Below, in pieces: positions 24,211-38,129 of a stretch of 64,000 bases of DNA. A program made the translations under genes and the position numbers. The DNA comes from Sphagnum compactum (lineage: Eukaryota). The number at the start of each line of letters is the position of its first letter. Position 1 is the stretch's first letter. Below the pieces are notes generated by a model that was not told the origin of the DNA, searched no databases, and saw nothing but the letters and a program-made list of their open reading frames with translations. The DNA lies in assembly GCA_965153455.1 (NCBI GenBank), contig OZ234493.1:4030001-4094000 (forward strand), given 5' to 3'.

Positions 24211-26902
24211 ATTGCATCTTTTAACTCTTATTTATTTTCTTATTGGTTCTTGTCTAAAAGATGGTGGGACATTTTCTTCATCTTGGTTTGGTTAGTCCTC
24301 CAATCCACTTTGCCTCCTACAATTCAACACCATGATCTAGGTCCCCCTAGCCCCAACCTCTAACACGTTTGGGGTGTCTGTTCTAACCTTACAAGAAATA
24401 CATACTTGAATTTTTTGTATTTTTCCTAGCTCTCAAGAAAGTATGAAAGGTCAAGGTAAGTGTGAAATGCATATGTCTTTAATTGTTGGGAAGAAGTGAT
24501 CAATGCATATAATTGTTCAAAATCATCCCAAATTAAGTTTGGTCAATAGTTTTATGCAAGTGATAAGTATGTACAACAAACTACAATTTCTTCGAGTTGG
24601 ATGAAATATGTCTTTTTTATGATTACCTATATTGTATTTACGAACAATATAACTTTGCACCCAATGGTAATATAAAAACTTCTTAAACTTTTGGTTGTAA
24701 AATTAATCTATTGCAACCTTTCCTAGTTGTCCTTTTACATCCACCCCTGAATCTTGGTTTTTTATTTTTTCTTTGACAACAATAGGATTTGATCTTTGAT
24801 GTTCAAACTCTTGTAGCTCCATTTTGGTTAATCTAATGTTTGGATTGTGTTGATATACCTCTTGTGGCTCCTCTTTAACTACTATAAGATGCCTTCCTTG
24901 TTTTTGTTGATCTACGAGGACTATTTGTGTTTTTGATCTACAATTCTCTATTCTTTTTATGTTGTTTAACCTTTGTTAGTCTAACCCATATTCACTAGTA
25001 GGAACTGACCATTTTGCAATTGTCTTTACAACTAAATTTTAATTGTAAGCAACATTTGTGATTAAAATTTTAATAGTTGCATGTAACATTACTTGCAAAT
25101 GACAAGGAATTATAACTAGAAAAATAATTAACAAAATACATTTTTATCTTTTGGCTAATTATATACATATTATCATTTGCAATTAGGATGTGACTTTTTT
25201 GATGAATGATGAAAAGAAATGATGTGTTGTCACATGTTTCAACTATTATTATAATTTTAAATGTTTAATTTTTATGCTTGATGATTTTAAATTGTGACAT
25301 GTGATGCAATAAAAATTTGTCATGTGACATATGAATTAAATATAAATTTAAATCAATATTTAGATATGTAGGTTGAACTAAGTAAGTAAGTAGGTAGATA
25401 CTACCTACCCACCTAGGGTTTAAACCAGGGATTTTTTTGGGGCGAAAAATCGCCAAATGGTGCAACACAGTTTTTGGAAGGCAGAAATATTCTGTCGCAA
25501 ATTCCCTGTTTTTGAGGGAAAAAAATATTCGCCAAAAAGCTTATGCAGTGTAATGGTGCATTCACACTTGATGTTAAGTTAGTGTTAAATGAAAATCTAA
25601 GTGGCATCCTAGGTGGCACCCAATGTTAAATGTGGGACCCCGGGACTTGGGTTCATTTGGGGATTGCCCCACCTTAGGGCCTTACCCTACACTTCATAGG
25701 CCTCACAACTTATCCTTCTTCCTCAACTGGCCAAAAGGAGGTCATTCTCAGTTCTATAAAAATGACATCAGCTCAAAACAATTTATTTTCTATTAGTTTC
25801 CAGGTAAATTTGTAAAAAAAACTATTTGGAAAATCGGTCATGCTCACAAAAATTCTTGAAAATATGTATAAAAAAAAGATAGTGCATTTGAAAATGTAGT
25901 CAAAAGATTTTTTGTTCATTTAAATTATGTGTATTTATCTTAATTATGAGTTATCACAATTCACATTATTAATCAGTTTATAAAATTACATATTTACACT
26001 CATCCCATATACAGGTAGCCAAATATAGGAGTTATATTACCATAGAAGTATATTTTGGAGGGCACCTTAAATGAAAAAAGCACATGTAAAATTTTTGCTA
26101 AGTGTATTTGTGCTTATGGCTCCTAGAAAAGATAACAGGTCTTATGCCTACTTTTTGTGGAGTGAGAGGGACCTTACACCTACCTATAGGCACCTAAATA
26201 GTAGTTGTAAGATCCCTCCAGTGACCTCAACTGTCTCATGATTTAAGCTTATTTGAGCTTCACATTGCTTCGCACTACTAGTGACGATGATTAAATTATT
26301 TTTTGTTGAAAATAATAATTTTGTTTGTAAATCAAATTTATTTTTTCAAAAGATGAATATTTTATAAATTTCACTGTATTCATTTTGTTCCATTAATATA
26401 TTTTTTGACAAAAAAAAAAAAAAAAAAAACGTTGAAAAAGTGTTTTTAAAAATAACAAAATACAAATAGATGAAAACATTGAAAAGTGCAAAACAAATAA
26501 ATAATAATAATTCTAAATAGGTGCCTATTTTCCAAAAACGGGAAAATATATATATAATATAATATAATATAATCAAAAGACTTTGCTGCCCCATCCCTGG
26601 CTCCTCCGTTAACTGTAACGGTAACTTTTGCTGCCCGCAGTGACCGTTGCAAAACACGGTCTGATTCTCCTTCCTTTCCTTTCCTTTCCTTTTCTGTATC
26701 TTTCTTCGTTTCTCTCTGGTCCTTTCTCGGTTTCTTTTTTCTTCATCGCCATCGCCTCTTCTTCTCCCTCTTTAGAGCGTCTTAACTTTTGCTTCCAAGA
26801 GTTTCTTCCCAAGAGGAAGAAGTTGTAACTTTCTTGTCCAAGAGAAAGAAGTATTCAATTTTGATCATTTTGAGCCTGTTGATTTCTTTTATTGCTTCCT
26901 AT

Positions 26903-26912
26903 TGTGTGTGTA

Positions 26913-26957
<45 letters not shown>

Positions 26958-26993
26958 AGCTCAGTTCAGTTCAGCTCAGCTCAGCTCAGCTCA
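26903..26993 (+). repeat. (GT)n(GA)n microsatellite plus (CTCAG/TTCAG)n in a leader region
   Basis: Directly visible upstream of the coiled-coil gene. Confidence 0.9.
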
Positions 26994-27487
26994 AACAAAT
27001 CTTGACCTAGAAGTGTGCAGTGAGAATTTCTTTCTAGCGAGAGAAACTAATTGAGAGTTAGTTGAATCTGCTTCCTTCGAATTGCTGCTCAAATCTCCAA
27101 TGAGTCTTTCACAATAAGGGCTTGCAGTATTCGCAGCATTCGTAACCAGGTTTGGAGGAGTCGGATTTCGCTCCTAGCAGCAGGTTCTTCACTCAAGAGC
27201 TTTCGATCAATTTTTTTTTATCGATAAAGAATTCTTTATTCACGGGATTTGGAGCGCGAGATCCTGATATACGGCATTAAGTAAAGGAGGAGAAGCGTTG
27301 TGGTTGGAGTTAAGAAGTACTCGATTGACTTCAAGAGCATCGCAACTGAAAAACAAACTTGGAAGTGCTTTTGGAGTGGTTTTCTCGCGCCTTTGCATTG
27401 GCAGGTCAAGGATCTGGAAAATTCTCGCGACGGAAACAGAAGCACAAGAAAGAAAGAAAAGCTAAATAAAATTGTTGATAGAAAAAG

Positions 27488-30400
27488 ATGGATGGAGATA
27501 CAGGGAGTGGGACATTTGCGCTGCCGCTAGAGCTGGATATATATGTGCAAAAATCCATTGCGCATCTGCTGGAGCCCTGTGCTTGTCGCCAGCATCTGGA
27601 TTCAAAGCTCTCCGAGTCCGAGGATCACCGGAGACAGTTGCAGCTGCAAGTGCATGAGCTGCACTCTCGCCTCGAAGAGGCAGACTGCAAGTGCGCCAAA
27701 GCGAAGGTACAATGATCTCTTCTTCATTATCGCAAGTGGAGATTAGGTTCTCTTCTGCGCGATAATTCCATTATGTCATTTAAAGCTTTCTCTGGAACAA
27801 GATTCGTACGTTTCTGGCTCAGCATGCAGCACTACTCGTGTTGGATGGCAGCAAGAGGCATGCTTGAATGCGCAAGCTTTGAAGCGGCAGATCGCAGATT
27901 GGCAGAAACTGGCGGATCATTGCAAGGCGGTGACGCAAGAATGCGCATTACTGACTCAGGAGTGTGCACGATTGGAAAGTGAGTGTAATTTGTACTACAA
28001 CGACCGGGAAGTATTCATGCAAGCTGCAGATGAGGCGGAGGAGCGTGCGGCTGCTGCACAGGAGAGGGCAGCTGCTGCAGAGACAAGGATCCAGGAACTG
28101 ATTACAGAATTAGAAAGTCATGAGCACTATGAGACACCTCGGGATTCTTTCGAGAAACCAAAGGTCGGTCGTCTGTCTATCCTCCTCCAGATTGTAGCTT
28201 CTGTTTTAAACCCTAAACCCTTCTCTCAACAGTGTTGACAACATTCCTTGCCTTCGATCTCTGGTGTAGCTTACAGTGATTACTTGCTGAGTCTATTGGT
28301 AACACACAATTCGACAGACAGTGATGATTTCTCTTGTTTGTGTTAGCAGACTAGTGATGGAGAAGATGTGGTTGCTCTACAAGTAAAGCTTACTCAGATG
28401 GAGAAGGATATGCAAAGGTAATGGATTCTTAAATGTTTCAGTTCATGGCTGCAAAGGTTTCTCTTCATCAAGTGCTCACTACATTTTTGCCACATTGTTC
28501 AGGGTTAGGGTTTAGAGATCCCAACTATCTCCTGCATGACCAGTTTCCAGTGCAAGTTGCAATTGGGGATTTCGAATCTTTGTTGGACTATTATTTGACT
28601 CCATTTCTGTTGCAATGCAATCAAATCACGAAAGTGTGACTGACTGTTTGCAATTCTCTTTTTTTTTTAATCTTCTGATACGTGAGGGACAATGGTGACA
28701 GTATGCAGAAGGAGTTAGAAAATGTGAAGGCTGGTGCAAAGGCAGAAGTAGATGCAGTGTACAGGCAACTTGATGAACACAGTTCAAAGATGCATGCCCT
28801 TCTTGCATCAGCAAACCAGGTGTGTCCTGATCAGCTGCATGATATTGTGCAGGCCCTGTTATTCTAGCCATTATAAAGTTTCCTGATACAAAAAAGGGAT
28901 GGAGGTAGAGTGATGTGTTTAATATCTTAGCTGCACCCTCTGGCCCTGCTTCAATTTTATGAAACTGATTGAGAAGCTTGCAATGGTGAGCACAGTGGTA
29001 TGAGGAGTCACTGGCGGAGCTGAGAACAGTACAAGAAGCCTACACAAGAATTGAGGCAACTCACAGGGATGAACAAACAGTGCACTTGATGGTTATGTCA
29101 GCCATTAATTATGGTGTTTGTAAGGCACTCGAGGATGAGAAAAGGAAAACCATTGAATCATTGAAATTGCGTTTCCAAGCTGTTGTGAAGCGATTGAAAG
29201 CAGAAATGAGAGCAGATCGCGAAAGGTTAGGCCCCCTATCAGATCACCATTATCAACCCTTTGTTAGGACACCAATAGTAATCTTTTGGGTCTTGCTCAA
29301 TACCCATTGTGCAGGAGTCAAATTCACGGTGAAACCTTTCCTATTTGGTGAGAGAGAACCAGCACTGCACCTTGCACCTATTGATGTCCTCCCTGATCCA
29401 TCTAAAACAACATGTGAGTGTTGGCAGAGATGACTTAGTGCTGTAAGAAATGTATTTATGTAACTTGCCACCACCCCACACATCCAGTATTTATGAGAAT
29501 TATTACTGCTTTGGAAGGAGTCCCCATGCCAAAAATTACTACCATTTCATGTCAGAAGAGTGAAAGTACGTCTTCCTGTTGACCTCAGTTTTTTGGAACA
29601 TTGGAACCATGCGATATGTCCAAGAAATGTATGCAAGTATATTATTATTGGGAGGCACAGAGCACCATCAAAGCAAATGTGACTTACCTCCAGAGCGAAT
29701 GTGACAGTGAGTGAATGCTGCTGATGTCATTTGTGTTCTGTCCACGACCAACTTTCTCAGTAACTTCTTGTTGACCTCAGGTTGTTTAAACATGGGACGC
29801 AGGATGAAGGTGGCCGAGAAAGGTATGAAAGCATCGCTTGTGGAGGCACAGTCCCTGAGACAGGAAATGGCAGTGTGTACAAACAATCTAAACAAAGCAG
29901 AAAATGAGGTACCAGCTCCCACATGTCAGTCTACTATCGCTGTAAACTGAAGTAGAGAAAACCAATCATAGAAAGAATGCTTTGTGAATGTACTTCAAGA
30001 GAGGTGCTACCTGCTGGAAAGTAGTGATTGGGTCTTTCAAAGATATCCATTGTTTTGAGAGGCTGAGTTACAGTGGTGCACCTGTGGTGGTGTCAAAAAT
30101 ATCAGGTGCAATTGTTGGCAGATGAGAACAAGGAGCTTTGGTTACTGTTGAGAGGCAGACATCCCTCATGCTCAAGCAGCCCCACTGAGTCGCCTTTGTA
30201 TACTAAAGCAGTATGACTCATAACCACTCCTTGTTCCAGGTCATGATGCGCAGTCTTTGGCATGTCTTGTACTATATCTGTTCCTCCGCTTTTCTTAGGG
30301 GATGGAATTATCAATGATTTGGTTTGTTAACCAATATAGCAGAGGGTTGACCACAAATGAGGGAAAGTGGAATTCTCTGATGTCAACAGATCTCAGTTGG

Positions 30401-30879
30401 GTTTGAAGAAGACCCATACCAAGCGGAAGATGAGGATGCAATTGTTAACCGTCTGTGGAAGTCCCTCATGGAGAAGACAAGATTCAGAAAGCATTGTTGT
30501 GTTCCAGTCCTTCGAATTAAGTTGCCTGTAGACCAGAGCTATAGAAGCTTTCATAACATCAAAGAATTACTGTACATACATGTGTCTGGATTTTTAGAGA
30601 TTTGGTTCCACACAGTCACTGACACACTACACCACTGGTCTAAGCTGCTTGCTTCAGACAGAAAATAGAAGGCAGTTAGTAGTGTGCAGATGGGACAGGG
30701 CAATTGACTTGTGGAGTGTTCTGTGACAGAATAAAGGCATGACAAGAAGTAAGTCCCAAGGAAAATTGCAAGACAAGTGTGAGCCAAGGGGACAGGATAG
30801 CATAGCAGCAACAGCAGCAAGAAGGCCCCTCACTCCCTTGCGAAGTAACTCACCAGAGTGCAGATTACGCCATCGATAG
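27488..30879 (+). CDS. Coiled-coil protein, At1g14680/At4g09060-like family; about 435 aa, 8 exons
   Basis: Phase-consistent exons 27488-27706, 27852-28163, 28350-28417, 28702-28819, 28996-29225, 29803-29908, 30106-30210, 30730-30879 (1308 nt). Motifs LPLELDIYVQKSI, EACLNAQALKR, ECNLYYNDREVFMQAADEAEERA and the C-terminal RRPLTPLRSNSP match the recalled family. Confidence 0.85.
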
Positions 30880-31619
30880 CACCTTACTATCGAGGTGCAA
30901 TACATACCCAAATTAAGCCACACTGCAATCAATAGCTAGTTTCTCTGCATAAATACTGATTTAGATCAATAGCTAGTCTTGTGGTTTCTCCTTGCTGCAA
31001 GAATCTAACTGCTGCAAGTGGCACATGAAAGATTTAGCAAACATAAATTTGATTTTGGTGAACTATACTATACCCTCCTGTGCACAAAAACCTCTGCCAT
31101 TTCTGCACTCCCTTATGGATGAAGATTTGGGGTGTGGGATGTGCAGTTCACACATTTCCCGCAGGAAAGGTATTGTCACCCTTTTTCTGACTCAGTTTAT
31201 CACATCTTCATACATTTATATTCTGGGAATTGGACCCCAATACACACCTAGCTGTTTTCTACCATTTCTGCTTTCATGTAACTTGTTCTCTGCAAGATTC
31301 AATTTCCTTGTTACAGGAAGAAAACTCTTTTGAGACGAGGCTTCCAAGTTTTGATGTCCTCATGACACATTAAATTGCTGTGTTTGGACTCTCTTGTGTT
31401 CACCAGAATCATGGATTGTTGTTAATTCACATATTATACAAATCAGAATAGATCTATGTGCTCCTTTACAGACAGCCAAGGACGTGCCTTCCTCCGAATG
31501 TTGATGTTGATGTTAAAATTATCTATAAAGTATGCAAAACAACACTAGAACCCTGAATTTGATCATAAATAGGGTGAGTTTCAAAAAAATTGTAATACAT
31601 TATATTCAAGGGTCGGGGG

Positions 31620-31772
31620 AGCTCAGTTTTTGTGGTGAACTGAGTCTTTCCTGTTTTTTTTAGGGCCTCCACTGATGCTGCATATATTTTCACTGCTTCT
31701 ACTTGTAAAAGCTACTTTACTTAGTCTTGAACCTTGTGCACTAAATGCTGATTTTCAGCATTTCATTCCCAT
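31620..31772. repeat. Dispersed repeat with an inverted second copy at about 59415-59570
   Basis: 'taaatgctgattttcagcatttcat' and 'catatatttttcactgct' are the reverse complement of 'atgaaatgctgaaactcagcattta' and 'agcagtgaaaatatatg'. Confidence 0.7.
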
Positions 31773-32051
31773 ATTTAATAAAATTTCCTTACTTTATGGA
31801 TACCCTTGTAAGCAGGGTTTGGGGTGAAAGGAGGCGCAAAGACAGGGGTGACTTTACAAATAAATTTTAGCTTTTACACTTAAACGCCCTAAAACATTTA
31901 CACAGGACCATGTAAGTGTAAAAAAGAATATATACACACTGCAACAGGATAAGTGTAAGTGTAAAAAAATTGGATGTGTAAGTGTAAATCACTGGATTTA
32001 CATGCCGTATATATGGCTATTGACACTTACATGCATAACACTAGTACAGAC

Positions 32052-35000
32052 CAGTATGAGGCGGGTACTAGAAAAATCTCCAAACCCTTGCTGGGTATCA
32101 GCCCAGGTATACAGATGTAAAACTGGCAGATGTGAAATTCTCTAAATCCCACCCCTGCCTCATACCTCTCAATAATATCATGAACTTACTTGCCTCCACC
32201 TCATACCCAACCCTTTTACTATATATATATACCCGTACCCAACCCGACCCCAAACTAAAAGAAGGGTATTTGACAAAAACCTGGGTACATTTTTAAAAGT
32301 GTACTTAAGAATGGTATATACATTAGGGTTAGGTTGGCTCTTGTTTCTCTACTCCCCCATGTCTCCTTCAACAAGCGTTTGTGGACATAGCATTACTTTT
32401 TCAATCCTTTGTGAATCAAAGTTGGGTGGTGGAGGATTTGGAAATTCCTTTGTTTAAAGTTAATGCTTCTTGTTTTCCATTGTGTTGCAAGAGAACAATG
32501 TGAAGGGGATAAGGTTTTAAATAGCTTTGAAGCTCTTTGGTTTTGCTCTTCAAGGTTTTTGCTTTTGCTTTGTTGCCTCAACTCTAAGGACTTAAACGCA
32601 ATTGGGAAGAGCATGGGTGCAAGAAGCAAGCCAATACTTGAGGTCTCAAGCTTTGAGATCTGTCACTAAGTGTTTTGCCTTCCATCTCTGTCTCCCATTC
32701 TTTTTGTTTTGTTTTTTTATGTCTCTTGACTTGCATTTTGTCTTGGTGCTAATTTTAAGGTTTAAGTTTTCAACTTTGTTTTTTTTGGCAATTGGAAGGT
32801 TTCATCTTGATGGTTTCCTTAAATAAAGTCAAGTTATCATAAACATTGAAGATTTAAGTATTAATCAAGAGACCCAATTGTTTCCAGGTTATGACAACAA
32901 CATGAGTGTTAAAAGTTTACCACAAGGTGGAAAGTTGCAGATCCTTAAAGATATTCCTCTTAATGATTCATACATGTTTGAGTTACATATGATAAACTTG
33001 CAAAAACAACATGTAGCTTAAAAACCTCATAATCAAAATTCACCAATTGGGTTTTTTTAAAGGTGAACAACAACCAACCCATAGACCTTTCTTGAACCAC
33101 AGTGCATAATTTGCCATAGTAATGTTGTTGGTAATGATATTTTGGAATTGCACATCACATTACAAAAAGGTATTATTGCTTACCATAAATCAAATGGCAT
33201 AACAACTATGAAAAAACATCTTGAGCTTCATCACAATACCCTATTTAAGAAGTTTTTTCACTTGTAGAAGTTCTGTCCTTTGCAACCAAGGAAATAATTT
33301 GACTAGTTGTCTTAAATGATTCTATTGATGACCACAATCACATATTATAATGTCATTATCTATGTGGAATAAGTATGAATAATAGGATTAATCATTTATA
33401 TGATTGATGGATAAAATTTACAAAATAAAATTATTTCATCCACTTTCCATCGACCATATTTCACCCATTATGGTTTTTGGGTGTGTTTAAAAAAAAACAT
33501 TTACGTGAAATATCCAACTATCATTTTTTCAAATAATGAAATACATAGATGTAATTTATGATTGAATTTCGATTATTTCAAATGATGTGGAAAATATTGT
33601 CATGATGTCGTGACATTTTTTATATTTAATTAATTAATTAATATCCTACATGATTGGAAAATGGGTCCCATTATATGTTCTAAACTTTGGAGACTTATAA
33701 AATGATTTATATATGACTAAGTAATTATTGCTACATGGACAATGGGGCACCTTGTATAATTATAAAATCATTAACCTTAGATGATGTGGTACCTTGAGTG
33801 GTCATACACTTGTTTTATAATGATTCAACAATGAATGTAATAATTTAATATGTATACAAATGGACATAATCAATTACAACATGTAAGGAACTTATTTTGA
33901 TTAATATTATACATATAAGTAATATTTAAAAAATCATTACACTTTTCTTAAATATATTCGATATATAATCCATTAAAAATATTCAATATGACTAAATTAA
34001 ATATTATACATTGAAATATTTTTTAATGGTAAAAGTATGATATATTATAAATATTTTTTATATCTCAATTTGAAAATAAAATAGAAGCGTAAGATGTGCG
34101 AATATATAATTTATTTGTACATTAAACTTTTATCATAAATTAAACAAAAATTTATATAATATATGTATACATGTGTAAAAATATATTATTACACAATTAT
34201 ATTAGATTATATGTGTAAAAATGAATAAAATTTATAGTTTCAGAAAATTAGTTAATATTTTAATACTAATTTATGTTATTCAAATCAAATTAAATTATTT
34301 AGATTGAATTATATTTCATATTTAAAATGACTAATATAGAAACATTTAATATATATAAATTTAATTGATTTATGATGCATTAATAAATATTTTATGTGGA
34401 TAAATTACATGAATTCATATGTGTAAAATAAAAGTTATTAGAAAAATTCTGATATATTGGGAAAAAAATTGTAATATAAATTCCTAAACCAAATGAAGGT
34501 TTAAGATATCAATATTCTATTTTATTTATTCATGTGTTAGCCATAAAGGTTTTTTCATTTACAAATCATGTGTTTGAATTTAATTTTTCCAAAGTATGAT
34601 CATTGAAATGTTATTCAATAACAAAATTCAAATAAATTTTTTTTGAACTGAATTTATATATATGTATATTAAATAAATTTTATAGTTGTGTACATTATTG
34701 AAGGAAATTTATCAATAAGTTTTCAATTTTTTCATTTGGACAAATTATTAATAAAATATAATTTATTTTATTTGAAGTTTTGTGTAATGTTTAAATAAAG
34801 TATGGTATGGTTTAAATAGAATAAACATTATAATATTTATGCAACAAGCGGGGTGGCTTGGTGGCAAGAAAGTTGGATTTCATCCTTCAGGTCCAAGAAT
34901 ATTGGCTGGATATTTTGTATTTACCTAGATTACCTAGATTAAGTGATTACCTAGGTGAGCCTAAATAGGTAGATTAGGGGGTCTACTTTACCCATTTTAA

Positions 35001-38000
35001 TTATGTTTTAAACCTAATCTAGGTGGTGACATGTGTCAACTTGACAAGATGAGAAATAATGAAATTAAAAATAATTTACATCTTATTATCTATATAATAT
35101 ATAATAAATATATAATCATTAATATTATAAATTTAAAAAATGTTTCCCAAGTTTTTGGGTCAATTTGTAATAATAAAAAATGATTAAACAATGATTAAAC
35201 TATCACTAATGACTTCACAAATGTCCTTCATGACTAATGGATTATATTTGCCACATCATGTCCTAAATGACTATTGTCATAAACGATTCATTTGTAATGA
35301 TTTTAGGGCCATTAATCATTTTTGTCCTTTATGACTAAATTAATAATCATAAATTCAGCCATATATTTGAAGATTTCTACTTGTGTTTGAAAAGTAAACA
35401 AATGTTGTTTTATGAATTAGCCAAAAGGTGACCACATGTGATAGCAAATGCCATATTTGGTTTTTTTTCTTCTATAAACCAATGCATAAAAATTAATGAA
35501 ACCCAAGTTGGTCTCTTGAAGAATGTGATGTTACTTGTGATTAAGGGTTATTTGCCCATGAGGACATAGATTACAACTTGCAACCCAAAAATTAAACACA
35601 TTTATCAACATAAGGTATGCTAGTTTTATTTCATCTTTTGATCAATTTCATGGGCTATGTATTTTGAAAAGGTTTTTGAAAACTTAACTAGAATGGTGTT
35701 GGATTGATGGTGTTTGCAAATCATGTTTTATTATTCCAAAACACTTTCTTTTTTTGCCATTGCACTTTATTATAGTTAGTAGACAATTTGAATACAAAAT
35801 CACATACCTTCTCATCGGATCTAGGTTGTTTGTGAATTTTGTCACCCATTGTGAAAGGTAGAGTTTTGAACCATAATTAGGGGCATTGGCTCCTTGGGGG
35901 TGCCCTCCATTTTATTATTTCCATGCATTAGGAACTTCATGAAATTTTTTTTCACCACAGGGTTTTTGATAGCCTTGTTAAAAAGGAAACAATTGTTTTT
36001 TATTTTGAACTAGAGTATTTTGTCTCTCATATGAAGCGCCAAGTTTTAGAAAAATTTCTACCTTTCATTTCCTTTATGCATGGATTTGATTTTTAAAAAA
36101 AAATCCATACCATGTTGGCTTTGATACTGGAATATCCCATGTATAAATCAATGTGGTTGGTAATTACTTATTTGGGTTGTGAAACTATTATTGCCCTAGT
36201 TGCAAATTATGATGAACAATTATTATTGCCTCTACCATTGGAGGTGTATAAAGTTTTCATGCCCAATAGGATTGACTGTGTTAATGAGTCTACTTTGTTT
36301 ATGGACTTTTAAGATGTGTTTTAATAGACCAACACAAATGCAGAAACCTACAAAGACATTGTGAGGTGAGGACTTGGTGGATTTCATCACTATCAAGTTG
36401 ATGCAAAAACTTGCAAATGTGCTTTAATGTGGTGGCTGACAAAATAGCACAAGTTCCCAACTATGGCTATATTTGCACAACGAATTTTGGGAATCCCAAT
36501 TCGCTAGATGGAGACTAAAAGCATTTTTTTTCATTTTTGGAATCCTCACAACATTTTTGAAATGTTAAGCTTCAAACCAACAATTTGGATGTTGATTTTT
36601 GTGAATAAAAATTAGCCATTTGATCTTCATGTTGGCTAGTTAACACCATTGGACGTTGGCAACTACATGTGAGGCAAAATACAATTTGATGCAAGAGTCG
36701 GATGTTGAGTTTCTGGATGAAGTGGAATGCAAAGAATTTCCAAATGGAGATTTTTAGTTTTGGATGCATCACAATCATCCATGTGTCCTTTTCTATACAT
36801 AAGTGATGACTAACTGAATTTTAAAATGATGCATGGTGTTTCCATGTTAAGATTTTTGTGCAATTTTAATTTTTTTTGTGTTTTTAGATCAATGCACAAG
36901 ATCTTCATTGTGTTTCAACTTCAAGAATGGGCTGCATGTTGTTATTATGTGGAAAAACACTAACATTTGTGTTTTTTCTATTTTTTGGAATTTGATGGAG
37001 ATCTCCTTGTAATCCATTTATAAAATGGCATGTGCGTATACTTTGGCTTGTAATTCCATGTAGTCCATTTGCAAATGGAAATTGAGTGTGTTTTTAATTT
37101 TTTTGATGAGATGTGTGTTATATGTTGGGTGTTTAATGCTTACAATGGTAAGATGAAAAATTTGTTTAGGATTGTGTGACTTTTTAAGGGTATGTGTGTC
37201 ATCTATTTGTGTCCTTAAATGTTAGTTTATGTTTGTGTCTTTGAGGCTATGTCTATGTTTTTAAAGGTCTGCTTATCTTTTTGTTTATGTCTTTGAAGGT
37301 TTATTTGTGTCTTTGAAGGTCTATTGTTTATTTATCTATCAATGTTTATTTAGCTTTGAAGGTTTTAGTATTTGGGTCTATAGGATTCAAGGTGTGTTTG
37401 TGTTTTTGAGGTCTATGAGATTCAAGGTTAATAAATGTTTGAATGATTAAAAGTATGTATATGTTTGAAAGGAATCTAGAATTGGCCTATTTGCAATTGG
37501 GGTTATGTGTTACTTTGAGGGGATTATTTTTTTGGAGCATATGAAGCACATTCATGGAAGCAAGATCATGGAAAATTTGGATGCAAAAGAATAATATTTA
37601 ACAAAACGAAAAAATAATTGTAATTCAAATCAAGATTCACATTAAGATTACTTCTTTCATTTTACAAGTTTAGAAAAATTTCAAAAAAAGTTTTGAAAAC
37701 TTTGTGATTATTGTTGGATTCATCTTTGTTAATAAAGTTTTCAAACTCTTTGTATTTGTTGTTGGTTATGTCAATATAAATTCCATACAAGGCTAAGTGT
37801 GAATAAGTTTTGTGAATACAACAACAAATATTGAACCTTCCATTTTAAGACTTGGGTAAAAAATCAATGAATGTACTTGATCAAATTTTTATCAAAAAAC
37901 TAGGATAACTTTAAAAATTGATATTAGTTAGGGTTTTTGTTAAATACTTGAGATTATATATTGACCTTCAAACATATTCAACCCCTAGCCTTGCTTCATA

Positions 38001-38129
38001 CCCCAAACACAACATGTTCTTTCAAATTCCAATTTTTATAAGCCCAAATACAACCTATTATTTAATTTTTTAAAATTGAAACCTAAAACCAACAATTTTT
38101 TTTTAAAATCAAATACTCATCCCACATTG
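32052..38129 (+). mobile_element. Full-span decayed hAT DNA transposon with TIRs and 8-bp TSD
   Basis: TIRs CAGTATGAGGCGGGTA and TACTCATCCCACATTG differ only by transitions. Flanks GTACAGAC and GTATAGAC match at 7 of 8. BED finger CIICH...TTMKKHLELHH at about 33100-33235; dimerisation-type motif WWLTK*HKFPTMAIFAQRILGIP at about 36430-36500. Confidence 0.9.
33259..35385. mobile_element. Non-autonomous CACTA-type element nested in the hAT transposase
   Basis: Ends CACTTGTAGAAG and TTTCTACTTGTG, flanked by TTT on both sides; very AT-rich interior; transposase-like sequence resumes after it. Confidence 0.75.
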
